Part shown: piece by piece, positions 19,501 through 29,134 of the stretch
Numbering within the stretch: the first letter of the stretch is position 1
Layout: each line of letters begins with the position of its first letter
Source: an uncultured Ignavibacteriales bacterium
Lineage (GTDB): Bacteria; Zixibacteria; MSB-5A5; GN15; FEB-12
Reading direction: 5' to 3'
DNA length: 64,000 nucleotides
Assembly: GCA_964571235.1 (NCBI GenBank)
Contig: CAZNAI010000002.1
Span: forward strand, 2,837-66,836
Position numbers and translations under genes: made by a program
The notes under the pieces: generated by a model
What the model was told of the DNA's origin: nothing
Database searches by the model: none
The model's input: the letters and a program-made list of their open reading frames with translations, nothing else

Positions 19501-19894
19501 CGACTCCGCCTCCCAGGTCGGCAAGAAAGATAAAGAGCCAACCGGAGGAGAGAGCGGATGGCGGATGAGCGCCTCATATTCCTACTCCGAGGGTGGACGG
19601 GGTAGTGGGTTTAGCAAGAGCAGTTTCTTGAGCTTATCGGTTGACTTCAGTCTGACTCCTCTCACGCGCGTCAGCTATTCGCAGAGCTTCGATGTCGGCA
19701 AGGGAAGAACTGTCTATAATTCGGTACGGATGACACGTCGGCTCCACTGCTGGAGCGGGGAGCTCTATTGGGTGCCGACCGGTTCAACCCGAGGGTACGG
19801 GTTCCGGTTGTATGTTACAGCCTTGCCGGCGATCAAAATTGACAATACTCAGTCGACCGTCTCAAGTTCCTACCTGCAGAATTTCCGGCAGTAG
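16529..19894 (+). CDS. LptD/OstA-like outer-membrane LPS-assembly protein (large)
   Basis: GTG 16529 gives the signal peptide VRKIAFIIAILIASSAIQAYA-Q. The N-terminus has repeated OstA-like beta-jellyroll segments and the C-terminal region is long, Y/S/N-rich and barrel-like. The track ORF start at 16403 lies inside alaX. Confidence 0.6.
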   Translation: MRKIAFIIAILIASSAIQAYAQSGGRRLNLQHADKLEVILSKLQDTTFVIGSVIFETESGTIYCDSAFWMKEKRIKLKGRVILDDAEYHLAADSVDYDLLNNSATAAGDYVELWSRKDSLFAVGTVAHYNRTDKTFEMWRRPTVYLKYPDSSNMITVISDSVRYDGVIKRAEAIGHADITSGDLHATAGIATMFTAENRLELVNSPVASKEQSQIRGHRIQMFTEGNFLRRIEVYDSAGGEFNERSETDTSRIDRSILTGKNLVFDFDSGRLQTVTCSGQAYSWYLPSDKDREETNENTVSGDTITFRLRDNKLQVVDVQGGAVGSFVSVTHERKDTTVTEKRDTIDYRGQSISYALRDSLINLLRNCEVTSGDMTLDAHRVTFDTRRRLIEAFSAVPPPDTSVDTSSFAKRLQPNAIPVVLKDGADVLYGDYLTYAIDTRKGRILKSKSSYETGYFYGEDLYRQQEKVFYLDDGRYTTCDADEPHFHFYSKNLKLVENDRLIAKPVVLSIGRLPILAIPYYVFPLKKGRHSGILPFTLGNFERGDRYVKNVGYYWAASEYWDLQAALDYFDQNSTLNFYGRTTYAKRYVFNGTLSGNYTRLSRYDATTATEGGQIRWTIAGNHSHTFSPTFRVSANGSYQSDNSFYQDYSTDLQDRLNRVVRSQVSFSKRFGSYTISGNVTHDDDLDRQIRTDQIPSLTFSQVRLYPLGSGSIGTDGSMHRKFYNNLVATYTPGLLGYSTRTTKDTLVGVDTISISHRKKYVRVNHSLGVSMPLSVANHFTLSPNLSYSEVWYKVYKTDLSESAGIDPSRTYRAHAYTVGASLNTKVYGTFNRHFLGASALRQVLQPSISYGYTPAINHNPVVRSFAGGGPGSTTKSQSMTLGFQHYYQARIGSDQNTRTLELLSVSHSLSHNFEATGRKWSELATSFNSALLPKISFNGSLVHSFYRPGTNEFHLTKLYQQSFSMEARVALAGKTFLLDDAFAGVTKGVDSASQVGKKDKEPTGGESGWRMSASYSYSEGGRGSGFSKSSFLSLSVDFSLTPLTRVSYSQSFDVGKGRTVYNSVRMTRRLHCWSGELYWVPTGSTRGYGFRLYVTALPAIKIDNTQSTVSSSYLQNFRQ

Positions 19895-19951
19895 CGGCCA
19901 GTCCCATTTATTGTTGACTTTTGAGGTCGCTCTGCGCACTCTGATCCGTCT

Positions 19952-22249
19952 ATGGCTCGCAAACGAAAGAAAGCCGGGAATGACCGGAAAAAGCGGATTT
20001 TAGGCGGGGCGCTTCTCTTTGTGCTGGCGGCGCTGGTACTGGTTGCGCTTGTGGCACACACCGAGGGCGACGATCGCCGGATTACCGGTGAAACCGACCC
20101 GCAACTTAACCCGTTTGAAATTTCGTACCAAAACCAAGCCGGCATGGTCGGGGCATACTTTTCGTTTCTCTTATTCAACTTAATGGGCTGGCTGGCCTGC
20201 TTTGTGCCGCTCGGACTCTTATTCTTATCTCTACGCGTGCTGGCCTCCACAATAGCGTTGAGATTCGAGCCGCATACATTCTTGCTCTTTGTGATCTCTC
20301 TTCTCGGGACCATGATATATGACATACATTTGTTCAGCAGTGACATTACGATAACTCTGCCGCTCGCCGCCGGTGGCCTGCTTGCGGCTTCTTTGACCGG
20401 TCTGGTTGTGAAAGTTGCCGGACAGACCGGTTCCTATCTTGTACTGATCGCCGCAATCGTTGTTCTTGTTCTGACCTATACATCGTTGACACCTTTGCTG
20501 TCTAAGCTGGTCGCAATTCCGGGACTTGAGTATCTGCGAAGGGCGTACCTCGGGGTCTCTGGGATGATAGCGCGGCTCTTTGTCTCCCGCAGTAAGGATT
20601 CTGATTCTGCAGAGGACGAGGACGACGAATCAGTTTCCGATGAGGTACTGCAGTCATCGACCCCGGACACTGAGCCGGCAGTTCTTGAGCAATCCGAACT
20701 TGATCTCCCCGGCGAGGAACGGGTGACCAAGAAACAGGCGAAGTCGCGCACGACCATAAAGCGATTGGCCGAACCGGTGCAAATCAAGTCGTTTGAGTAT
20801 AAGTACCCACCGCTGGATCTGCTCACGACCAATCCAAATCCGGGAACGGCGGTCGCGTCGGACGAACTGGCAATGACCGCACGTATGTTACAGGAGACGC
20901 TTGAGACATTTAATATCAAGATCGAAGGTCAAATCGAGAAATACCCCGGCCCGGTTATTACCCGCTACGAGTTCAAGCCGGCCGCGGGAATAAAAGTGAA
21001 CCAAATTCTCGGCCTATCCGATGATCTGGCCTTAGCGCTCAAAGCCAAGCGCATCCGTATCATTGCGCCTATTCCAGGTAAAGCGGCAGTGGGAGTCGAA
21101 ATCCCCAATCGTAATCCGCAGACTGTCTACGCTCGCGACATCTTTGAGTCTGAGGAGTTCAACAATCCGGCGATCCGACTTCCGTTGGCGATGGGGAAGA
21201 ACACCGCCGGCAAGCCGTTTGTAGCTGACCTTACTAAGATGCCGCATCTTTTGATCGCCGGCGCCACGGGATCGGGCAAGTCAGTCTGCATGAACATGCT
21301 GATCACATCGCTATTGTACCGTCTGCACCCCTATCAAGTACGGTTTGTCTTTATCGATCCCAAGATGCTCGAGTTATCGATTTATTCTGGCATTCCACAT
21401 TTGGGCAGGCCGGTAGTCACCAAGCCCAAAGGGGCTGAGCGCGTACTGTCGGATATTGTCAACGAGATGGAAAACCGGTATCGACGATTTGCGGCCGCAT
21501 CGGTGCGCAATATCGAAGATTACAATCGCAAACAACCGACTGAGGAAACCAAGCAACCGTATATCGTAGTTTTTGTCGATGAACTGGCCGACCTGATGAT
21601 GTCGTCGACCTCGACCAAGACAGAAATGTTGATCACGCGCCTTGCGCAAATGGCGCGCGCAGTTGGAATCCATCTGATTCTTGCCACCCAACGACCGTCG
21701 GTGGATGTTATCACCGGTCTTATCAAAGCCAATTTCCCGGCCCGTGTCGCGTTTCAGGTTGCATCCAAAGTCGACAGCCGTACGATCATCGACGGCAACG
21801 GTGCCGAAAAGCTCCTGGGATCGGGAGACATGCTCTATCTCTCGACCGGTCAGCCCGAGCCCATGCGCGTCCACGGCGCGTATCTTTCAAGCGAAGAGAC
21901 AGAACGCATTGTTGCGTTCATAAATGAGCAGGGGATTCCGATGCTTGCTCTCGAGGGTATTTCACAGTCAAGCGAAGATGCTCCAGAGAGTGAAGTCGAT
22001 GTCGCTGATCCACTCTTCCGCGAGGCCTGCGAGGTTGTGATTCGTCACAAGCAGGGATCGGTTTCGCTCCTACAACGGCGACTCGGAATCGGATATCAGC
22101 GAGCCGCCCGACTGATCGACAAGCTTGAGCAGGCTGGCGTGGTATCGCCGTTCGATGGCTCCAAAGCGCGCGAAGTGATTGTCGACAAGTCGTATCTGGA
22201 CAATCTGGGCGGAAAAGCGGTCCGCCAGCCCGCCGGCGATGCTCAATAG
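19952..22249 (+). CDS. ftsK: DNA translocase FtsK
   Basis: N-terminal TM domain and acidic linker, Walker A LIAGATGSGKS, VVFVDELADLMM, LILATQRPSVDVITG and a C-terminal winged-helix gamma domain. Confidence 0.95.
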   Translation: MARKRKKAGNDRKKRILGGALLFVLAALVLVALVAHTEGDDRRITGETDPQLNPFEISYQNQAGMVGAYFSFLLFNLMGWLACFVPLGLLFLSLRVLASTIALRFEPHTFLLFVISLLGTMIYDIHLFSSDITITLPLAAGGLLAASLTGLVVKVAGQTGSYLVLIAAIVVLVLTYTSLTPLLSKLVAIPGLEYLRRAYLGVSGMIARLFVSRSKDSDSAEDEDDESVSDEVLQSSTPDTEPAVLEQSELDLPGEERVTKKQAKSRTTIKRLAEPVQIKSFEYKYPPLDLLTTNPNPGTAVASDELAMTARMLQETLETFNIKIEGQIEKYPGPVITRYEFKPAAGIKVNQILGLSDDLALALKAKRIRIIAPIPGKAAVGVEIPNRNPQTVYARDIFESEEFNNPAIRLPLAMGKNTAGKPFVADLTKMPHLLIAGATGSGKSVCMNMLITSLLYRLHPYQVRFVFIDPKMLELSIYSGIPHLGRPVVTKPKGAERVLSDIVNEMENRYRRFAAASVRNIEDYNRKQPTEETKQPYIVVFVDELADLMMSSTSTKTEMLITRLAQMARAVGIHLILATQRPSVDVITGLIKANFPARVAFQVASKVDSRTIIDGNGAEKLLGSGDMLYLSTGQPEPMRVHGAYLSSEETERIVAFINEQGIPMLALEGISQSSEDAPESEVDVADPLFREACEVVIRHKQGSVSLLQRRLGIGYQRAARLIDKLEQAGVVSPFDGSKAREVIVDKSYLDNLGGKAVRQPAGDAQ

Positions 22250-22280
22250 TCTGTCACCGTTTTTCTGCGTATAATAGAGT

Positions 22281-22898
22281 ATGCGTTTCTCAATTTCCAA
22301 AGTATTGGGTCTTGGTGTAGTCAGTTTGATTTTGGCAGGGGAGGTTTCAGCCGACACATTTGACGATATTAAGGCCAAGCTTCGCCAATCCGAATGCGTG
22401 CACATCCAGTTTCAGAGCATTGTAGCTTCGAGCATTTTTGAAAGTGTCGATACGGCCGATGGCGACGCGACTTTCGAGCGATCCGGAAAGTACCGGATCA
22501 ATCTGCGAAAAGATTCGTATCTATTCGACGGCGCTGATCTTTACAGTTTCTCTTTTGACAATCAGCAGGTCACTGTCGAGAAAGTAGATTCCGGCCAGCA
22601 GTTTGGCGCCGAAGTGTCGTTTGTGACACGGCTTGACGAAATCTACAAAACCCGTATACTACGCCCGGATTCGCTGTACCGTTTGGTCAAGATCGCCCGC
22701 GGATATGCCGGCGTGCCGGATTCGATGATTGTGACAATCGATAAACAGAATCGAAGAATTGGGAAGATCGAGTATCTCGATGTCAATGACGAGCCAACGA
22801 CCATTGTCTTTCTGGGTGAACAAACCAGCCCGAGGTGTGACCCCACCGTGTTTCGTCCGGACTTTCCTGACAGCGTGCAGGTAGTAAGGCTTCCCTGA
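22281..22898 (+). CDS. LolA-like outer-membrane lipoprotein carrier / sorting protein
   Basis: Signal peptide, and about 200 aa with a LolA-like pattern (F.Q.... G....R.....DG..L...). ftsK-lolA synteny is common. Confidence 0.55.
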   Translation: MRFSISKVLGLGVVSLILAGEVSADTFDDIKAKLRQSECVHIQFQSIVASSIFESVDTADGDATFERSGKYRINLRKDSYLFDGADLYSFSFDNQQVTVEKVDSGQQFGAEVSFVTRLDEIYKTRILRPDSLYRLVKIARGYAGVPDSMIVTIDKQNRRIGKIEYLDVNDEPTTIVFLGEQTSPRCDPTVFRPDFPDSVQVVRLP

Positions 22899-22901
22899 CC
22901 A

Positions 22902-24230
22902 ATGAAATTCTATGTCCACAAGCTGGGGTGTCCCAAGAACGATGTCGACGCCGACTACATATCGGCGCGGTTGATCGACGCCGGCCACACGCCTGCTGAA
23001 AGCGCCGAAGAAGCCGAGTCGGTGGTAGTTAATACCTGCGGATTTATTCAGACGGCCAAGGAAGAGTCGATCAACGAGATACTGCGCATTTCACAATTGA
23101 AGAAATCGGCCGGCCTCAAAACCCTGTATGCGGCGGGATGTTTGACCCAGCGCTACGGCGATGAAATGCTTAAAGAAATGCCGGAGCTTGACGGCGCGTT
23201 TGGTCACGGCGCCCTTGAGTCAATCGCCAAAGCGGTCACCGAGTCTGCCCGAGTCGAAAAAACAGTCCGAATCGAATCTCGAAAACTGGGATACTTAAGC
23301 TGGAAGCATCGGTACATTTCTGATGGATTCCCGTACTCGTATTTAAAAATCTCCGACGGTTGTGATCGTGGCTGTACCTATTGCGCTATTCCTGGTATGC
23401 GCGGCAAATTTCGTTCTCGGCCGCTCGATTCGATCGTCAATGAAGCCCAATTTCTGGCCGACAACGGCAAGCGCGAACTGATACTCGTTTCGCAAGAGGC
23501 GACTTTGTGGGGTCAGGAACTTGAAGGTAGACCGTCACTACTGGATCTGTTGAATGAACTGGACAGGATTGAAGGCATCGCCTGGATTCGGGTGATGTAC
23601 TTGTACCCAGCCCAGATGGACCAGGCCGTGATTGACTATCTCGGTTCCGGGACCAAAACACTTCCGTACTTTGATTTACCGCTCCAACATGTGAATAGCG
23701 CAATTCTGCGCGGCATGCGCCGTCAGGTTGATCGCCCGAGAATCGAGCAAATCCTTGGCATGATCCGCACCACAGTGCCAAACGCCACACTTCGAACGAC
23801 TTTTATTGTCGGCTTCCCCGGTGAAACCGACGACCAGTTTGGTGAGCTGTGCGACTTTGTTAAAGAGCAACAGTTCGACCGAATGGGTGTATTTCCGTAT
23901 TCCCCTGAAGAGGGCACACCGGCGGCGGAGTATCCCGAACAAGTTCCCGATGACGTCAAAGCGGAACGAGTTGAAACACTCATGGCTATACAGCGGGAAA
24001 TTGCGCTGGAAAAGAACGAAGCACAGCTCGGACAAGAATTTGAAGTATTGATCGACGAGGTCACCGAGGGCCTATCGGCCGAAGGTCGGACAGTTGGTGA
24101 TTGCCCCGATATCGACCAGACGGTACGCGTGCGCGGAGCCAAGGTAAACGTGGGCGATATTGTGACTGTCACTATTGATAGTGTCGAAGGGTACGATCTG
24201 ATCGGAACGGTAAGGAGGGTCGACAGATGA
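22902..24230 (+). CDS. rimO: ribosomal protein S12 methylthiotransferase RimO
   Basis: KLGCPKN...NTCGFI (UPF0004 domain), radical-SAM CDRGCTYCAIP and a C-terminal TRAM domain. Confidence 0.9.
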   Translation: MKFYVHKLGCPKNDVDADYISARLIDAGHTPAESAEEAESVVVNTCGFIQTAKEESINEILRISQLKKSAGLKTLYAAGCLTQRYGDEMLKEMPELDGAFGHGALESIAKAVTESARVEKTVRIESRKLGYLSWKHRYISDGFPYSYLKISDGCDRGCTYCAIPGMRGKFRSRPLDSIVNEAQFLADNGKRELILVSQEATLWGQELEGRPSLLDLLNELDRIEGIAWIRVMYLYPAQMDQAVIDYLGSGTKTLPYFDLPLQHVNSAILRGMRRQVDRPRIEQILGMIRTTVPNATLRTTFIVGFPGETDDQFGELCDFVKEQQFDRMGVFPYSPEEGTPAAEYPEQVPDDVKAERVETLMAIQREIALEKNEAQLGQEFEVLIDEVTEGLSAEGRTVGDCPDIDQTVRVRGAKVNVGDIVTVTIDSVEGYDLIGTVRRVDR

Positions 24231-24871
24231 TACACATCGAGAAACTCGGCATATTCTTGTCCAAACCGGTGGCGTACCTCTTGATGATCATCTACTTGCT
24301 CCAATCTACCTTATTGGCATATCTCCTGTACGACCGGTATAATCTGGAAAAGACCGTTAGCCACCAGCAGGAACAAATATCGGAGCTGAAAGAGAAACTG
24401 CAGATTCTTAAGGCGATCGGTGATTTTCAGATTGGTTTTAACGAAGATGAAGTCAAGAATCTGACCAATGTCATATATTCCGAAAGCAAGAAGTACGAAT
24501 ATGACCCGATGTTTATCCTCGCGATCATCTTGACCGAATCGACTTTTAAGCGCGACGAGGTTTCCAGCGCTGGTGCACGAGGACTGATGCAGGTTGCGCC
24601 GATTACCGGAAAAGATGTCGCCACCCGAGCCGGAGTTGATTGGTACGGGCTCAGTACCCTTCACGAGCCGGAAGCCAATGTCAAACTTGGTACTGCCTAC
24701 TTGTTCGAAAAATTGCTTGAGTTCAAAGATGTCAAAAAGGCCCTGCTGGCGTACAATTTAGGTGAAACCCGGCTACGCACCATGATACGAAACAAAGAGA
24801 GCCTTCCCACGACCTACCTGAACAAAGTTTACCAGAACTACAACATGCTCAAGGAGACTTACAAAGCGTGA
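24227..24871 (+). CDS. membrane-anchored lytic transglycosylase (SLT domain)
   Basis: N-terminal TM helix, ESTF (catalytic Glu), ARGLMQV and AYNLG. An ATGA overlap links it to rimO. Confidence 0.8.
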   Translation: MIHIEKLGIFLSKPVAYLLMIIYLLQSTLLAYLLYDRYNLEKTVSHQQEQISELKEKLQILKAIGDFQIGFNEDEVKNLTNVIYSESKKYEYDPMFILAIILTESTFKRDEVSSAGARGLMQVAPITGKDVATRAGVDWYGLSTLHEPEANVKLGTAYLFEKLLEFKDVKKALLAYNLGETRLRTMIRNKESLPTTYLNKVYQNYNMLKETYKA

Positions 24872-25800
24872 CCCGACGAACCGGCCTTTATCTTGTATCT
24901 ATTGCAGTCGCACTCTCAGTCGCCTTGAGCGGTTGCGGCGGACCGCAGAAGCTCGCCAACATGTCCTCAGGTGAACTCTACACAATGGCCAAAGATAAGT
25001 ACGATCACAAGAAGTACTACCGAGCCATCGAGCTGTTTCAAAATCTTGTGTACGCTCACGCAGGTGACCCGATAGTCGATACTGCGCAGTATTATCTGGG
25101 TATGTCATATTTCGGCAATGGCGAATATCAACTCGCGACGGCCGAATTCAATCGCCTGCTCATCAATTATCCGTCGTCGGCCTTTGCCGAGCACGCACAG
25201 TTCATGAGAGCGGCCTCGACTTTTCAGTCAGCCCCTAAACACTTCGGACTTGACCAGACTGAACTCAAACCGGCGATCGAGCAACTTCAGGATTTCATTA
25301 CCGACCGTCCCGAATCACCGTATCTGGCCGACGCCAAGGGGCTCCTGCTTTCGGGCCGAACCCGCATCGCACACAAGTTATATCAGTCGGCGATCGTTTA
25401 TTTCAGAGTCGATTCGTACGTGGCCGCCAACATCTACTTGCAAAAAGTAGTCGACGACTATCTCGACACCGAGTATGCCCCAAAGTCGCTTTATATGATC
25501 GCCGAGGGGGAATTCCGTATGAAGCACTACGATGTCGCGCGCGAGAAATTTGATGGATTCACAAAGGTCTTTCCAAAACATGAGTGGGTCCAGAAAGCCA
25601 GCCGCCGCGCCGCGGACGCCTCCTTTCGGGGAAGCGTGGCCGCGTTCGATGCCGGTGACATGAGTAAGGCCGCCGAACAATTTCAGAGTTTCAAGTCCGG
25701 TTTCCCAAACGATGATCGAGTGAAGGAAGCCGATTCGTATCTGGCCAAAACAAAGGAAAAGAACGCTGAACCAACCAAATCTGGGGACACCAAGTCCTGA
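24868..25800 (+). CDS. bamD: outer membrane protein assembly factor BamD (TPR lipoprotein)
   Basis: Lipobox LSGCG, followed by TPR-like repeats (YYRAIELFQ, AQYYLGMSYF). Confidence 0.7.
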   Translation: MTRRTGLYLVSIAVALSVALSGCGGPQKLANMSSGELYTMAKDKYDHKKYYRAIELFQNLVYAHAGDPIVDTAQYYLGMSYFGNGEYQLATAEFNRLLINYPSSAFAEHAQFMRAASTFQSAPKHFGLDQTELKPAIEQLQDFITDRPESPYLADAKGLLLSGRTRIAHKLYQSAIVYFRVDSYVAANIYLQKVVDDYLDTEYAPKSLYMIAEGEFRMKHYDVAREKFDGFTKVFPKHEWVQKASRRAADASFRGSVAAFDAGDMSKAAEQFQSFKSGFPNDDRVKEADSYLAKTKEKNAEPTKSGDTKS

Positions 25801-26398
25801 GCCAGGCCAGCACTGGGGAGTCCTGGGTGGGGCATTCGATCCAATCCACAACGGGCATCTCAATCTCGCCCGTCAGATTCAGTCGCGCTTTGAGCTTAAC
25901 GGCGTCCTGTTTGTCCCGGCCGCCTGTCCGCCGCACCGTGACATCATCGCCCTTTCTTCATTCACTGATCGTTTGGCCATGACCCGCCTGGGAATTGCCG
26001 CCCAACCGGCATTCGTTCCGGAATCAATCGAGCACGACCTGAACCTTTCCGGATTCACCCTTGATACACTTCGATCGCTTGGGCAGAAATATCCCAATGT
26101 TACCTTCGATTTGATTCTCGGCGCTGACCAAGCTCAAGTGTTGAATACCTGGAATCGTCCCGATGAGATTCTCAAGTTATCAAAAGTATTAGTGGGCGCC
26201 AGACCAGGGTACCCGATATGTATACCAGAGTCACTGGATCGTTCGCGAATTTCGCTGGTTTCAATCGACGTTGTTGACCTCTCATCCTCTGAAATCCGGC
26301 GCCGTGTCGAGATGGGCGCATTAGAAAGTGATCTGGCCCTTCTGGTTCCCCCCGCAGTCGCGGAGTATATTGTAAATCGAAAGTTGTATTTGTCATGA
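25766..26398 (+). CDS. nadD: nicotinate-nucleotide adenylyltransferase NadD (start codon unresolved)
   Basis: GGAFDPIHNGHL (25826-25861) and C-terminal SSSEIRRRV. The frame is open from 25724 but its first ATG is at 25973. I place the start provisionally at CTG 25766, 8 nt after aaaggaaaag. Confidence 0.75.
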   Translation: MNQPNLGTPSPEPGQHWGVLGGAFDPIHNGHLNLARQIQSRFELNGVLFVPAACPPHRDIIALSSFTDRLAMTRLGIAAQPAFVPESIEHDLNLSGFTLDTLRSLGQKYPNVTFDLILGADQAQVLNTWNRPDEILKLSKVLVGARPGYPICIPESLDRSRISLVSIDVVDLSSSEIRRRVEMGALESDLALLVPPAVAEYIVNRKLYLS

Positions 26399-29109
26399 GT
26401 GACCGAAAGACTCTATACCTATTCGACGGCTCCGCCCTGTTTTATCGGGCCTTCTTTGCATTTATCCGAAATCCGCTCATAAATTCAAAAGGGGAGAACA
26501 CTTCAGCGGTGTTCGGATTTACCAACTCGGTGTGGAAAGTAATCAAAGACGAGAACCCCGATTATCTGGCGGTCGTCTATGACACCAAAGAACCAACCTT
26601 TCGCCACGACAAGTATCCCGACTACAAATCGCACCGGGCGAAAATGCCCGATGAATTAGTCGCGCAGTTGCCTCGTATTCGCGAAGTTGTCCAGACGCTG
26701 AAAATTGCGGAAGTCGAAATGCCGGGATTTGAAGCCGACGACCTGATCGCTACGCTCGCGCGCCGGGGAGCCAAAGAAGGGCTTGAGGTCTGGTGTGTGA
26801 CCGGCGACAAGGACTATTTCCAGCTCGTGACCGACCAAATCGGCATCTACCATATATCAGGTGGCTCAAAAGGGGAGAAGATGCGTTCGGACGAAGTCTT
26901 GGCCAAATTCGGGGTTCGTCCAGAACAGGTTGTCGACAAGCTGGCGCTCATGGGCGATAGCTCTGACAATATTCCAGGAGTACCCGGTATCGGCCCCAAA
27001 ACCGCCGATTCATTGCTGGCTCAGTTCGGTTCGCTTGACAAGATCTTGGCCAATAGCGAAAAAATCAGCGCTAAAGGTGTGCGCGAGAAGATCGCCGCAA
27101 ATAATCATCTGGCAACGCTTTCGCGGGAACTCGTGTCGCTTCAGGCCGATGCTCCAGTTGACTTACCAATCAGCGAGTTGGCCCGCCAGCCCCTCGATAC
27201 TCAGGCCGTTGCGAAGCTCTTTTCGCATTTGGAATTCAATACCCTTCTCAAGGAGATTGTGCGGGACGCACCTGCCGCCCCTAATCTATTTCCAGCCTCA
27301 GGGCCGAGCGCGAAGTACTGGACTGTCACGTCGATTGAGCATCTGAAAAAGATCGTCAGAGAATTTTCTGAAAAGAGAGAAATCGCCGTTGACACGGAGA
27401 CTACCTCTACCGATGCCCTCACCGCCAAGTTAGTCGGTATCTCGCTGTGCGACCGGGCGGGGGAGGCATACTATCTTCCGGTGGGTCACTCGGTGGACAC
27501 AGACCGAAATCTCCCGCTGGATCAATCGCTGGCAGTCCTGAAACCACTGCTTGAAAATGAAAAGGTCCAGAAGATCGGGCAGAATATTAAGTACGACTGG
27601 CACTTGTTCAACCAACTTGGCATTGACATCAACCCGATTTCCTTCGACACCATGATCGCGGCATATGCGCTCGATCCGGGTAGCCGACAGCTTGGCCTTG
27701 ATGCGCAGGCGCTCAAATACTTCGACTATCAGATGCAACCAATAACCGACCTAATCGGTTCAGGTAAAAACCAGCGTACGTTTGACTCAGTGCCGATTGA
27801 AAAAGCCACCTTCTACGCCGCCGAAGACGCCGACTACACCTATCGCCTGAGAGGTAAGCTCGCCCCCAAACTCGATGAACTGGAGCTTAACGACCTGTAC
27901 TATAACATCGAACTTCCGCTAATCCGGGTTCTTGCGCAAATGGAAGCGGCTGGCGTTCGGATCGACGCAAAGTTTCTTGGCAAGCTATCAGTCGACATGG
28001 ATAGACGAATGGAAGAACTCCAGCGCCAGGTCTTTTCGGCGGCGGGCATGGAGTTCAATATCAACTCGACCCAGCAACTGTCGCACATCCTATTTGAAAA
28101 ACTCGGGCTACCCACCAAGGGGAAGACTGCCAAGAAGACCGGCTTCTCAACCGATGTAGGCGTGCTGGAAGAACTGTCGAAACTACACCCGTTTCCGAAG
28201 TTGATTTTGGATTACCGACAGTTGACAAAACTGAAATCGACGTACATCGATGCACTTCCCCTGTTAATCAACAAGCAGACCGGGCGAGTGCATACGTCGT
28301 TTAATCAGACGATTGCCGCCACCGGACGGTTGTCCTCAACCGATCCGAATTTGCAGAATATTCCGATCCGGACCGACGAAGGTCGACAGATCAGAAGAGC
28401 ATTTGTGCCGCGTGACGAGGATCACGTCCTGTTGGCCGCCGACTATTCACAAATTGAGCTACGAATATTGGCGCACTACGCTGAAGACGCAGTCCTGATT
28501 AAGGCATTTCAGGAAGGTGAGGATATCCACGTCCGCACAGCCGCCGAAGTTTACGGCGTAGAGCTTGCCGGGGTGACATCGGATATGCGCCGGGTGGCGA
28601 AGACCGCCAATTTTGCGATAATCTACGGCGTTTCCGCCTATGGTTTGTCACAGCAGACCGAAATGGACGTGGCTGAAGCTAAAGAATTCATAGATCGGTA
28701 TTTTTCCCGGTATCCGGGGATCAAGACCTACATCGATAGCACCAAGAAATTCGCCAAGGCCAACGGGTACGTGACCACGTTGTTTAATCGTCGCCGGTAT
28801 CTGCCGGAGATCAACGACCGGAATTTCAATGTCCAGCAGTTCGCCGAGCGGACCGCAATCAACACCCCGATTCAGGGGACCGCCGCGGATATTATCAAAA
28901 AAGCAATGATCCAGATTCAGGCTAAACTTGAGGGGCTTCAAACCAAAATGGTTCTGCAAGTGCACGACGAACTGGTGTTCGACGTCTATGAGAAGGAACT
29001 CGAGCAAGTGAAGACAATCGTCCGTCAAGGGATGGAGAAGGTCATCAAGCTCAAAGTGCCATTAGTCGCCGACATGGGAGTGGGCCAGAACTGGCTCGAG
29101 GCCAAGTAG
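26395..29109 (+). CDS. polA: DNA polymerase I
   Basis: 5' nuclease domain, 3'-5' exonuclease DTET motif (IAVDTETTS), and polymerase motifs DYSQIELR, RRVAKTANFAIIYG and QVHDELVF. Confidence 0.97.
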   Translation: MSDRKTLYLFDGSALFYRAFFAFIRNPLINSKGENTSAVFGFTNSVWKVIKDENPDYLAVVYDTKEPTFRHDKYPDYKSHRAKMPDELVAQLPRIREVVQTLKIAEVEMPGFEADDLIATLARRGAKEGLEVWCVTGDKDYFQLVTDQIGIYHISGGSKGEKMRSDEVLAKFGVRPEQVVDKLALMGDSSDNIPGVPGIGPKTADSLLAQFGSLDKILANSEKISAKGVREKIAANNHLATLSRELVSLQADAPVDLPISELARQPLDTQAVAKLFSHLEFNTLLKEIVRDAPAAPNLFPASGPSAKYWTVTSIEHLKKIVREFSEKREIAVDTETTSTDALTAKLVGISLCDRAGEAYYLPVGHSVDTDRNLPLDQSLAVLKPLLENEKVQKIGQNIKYDWHLFNQLGIDINPISFDTMIAAYALDPGSRQLGLDAQALKYFDYQMQPITDLIGSGKNQRTFDSVPIEKATFYAAEDADYTYRLRGKLAPKLDELELNDLYYNIELPLIRVLAQMEAAGVRIDAKFLGKLSVDMDRRMEELQRQVFSAAGMEFNINSTQQLSHILFEKLGLPTKGKTAKKTGFSTDVGVLEELSKLHPFPKLILDYRQLTKLKSTYIDALPLLINKQTGRVHTSFNQTIAATGRLSSTDPNLQNIPIRTDEGRQIRRAFVPRDEDHVLLAADYSQIELRILAHYAEDAVLIKAFQEGEDIHVRTAAEVYGVELAGVTSDMRRVAKTANFAIIYGVSAYGLSQQTEMDVAEAKEFIDRYFSRYPGIKTYIDSTKKFAKANGYVTTLFNRRRYLPEINDRNFNVQQFAERTAINTPIQGTAADIIKKAMIQIQAKLEGLQTKMVLQVHDELVFDVYEKELEQVKTIVRQGMEKVIKLKVPLVADMGVGQNWLEAK

Positions 29110-29134
29110 CTTTTGCGATGAGGTTTTGTGACCG

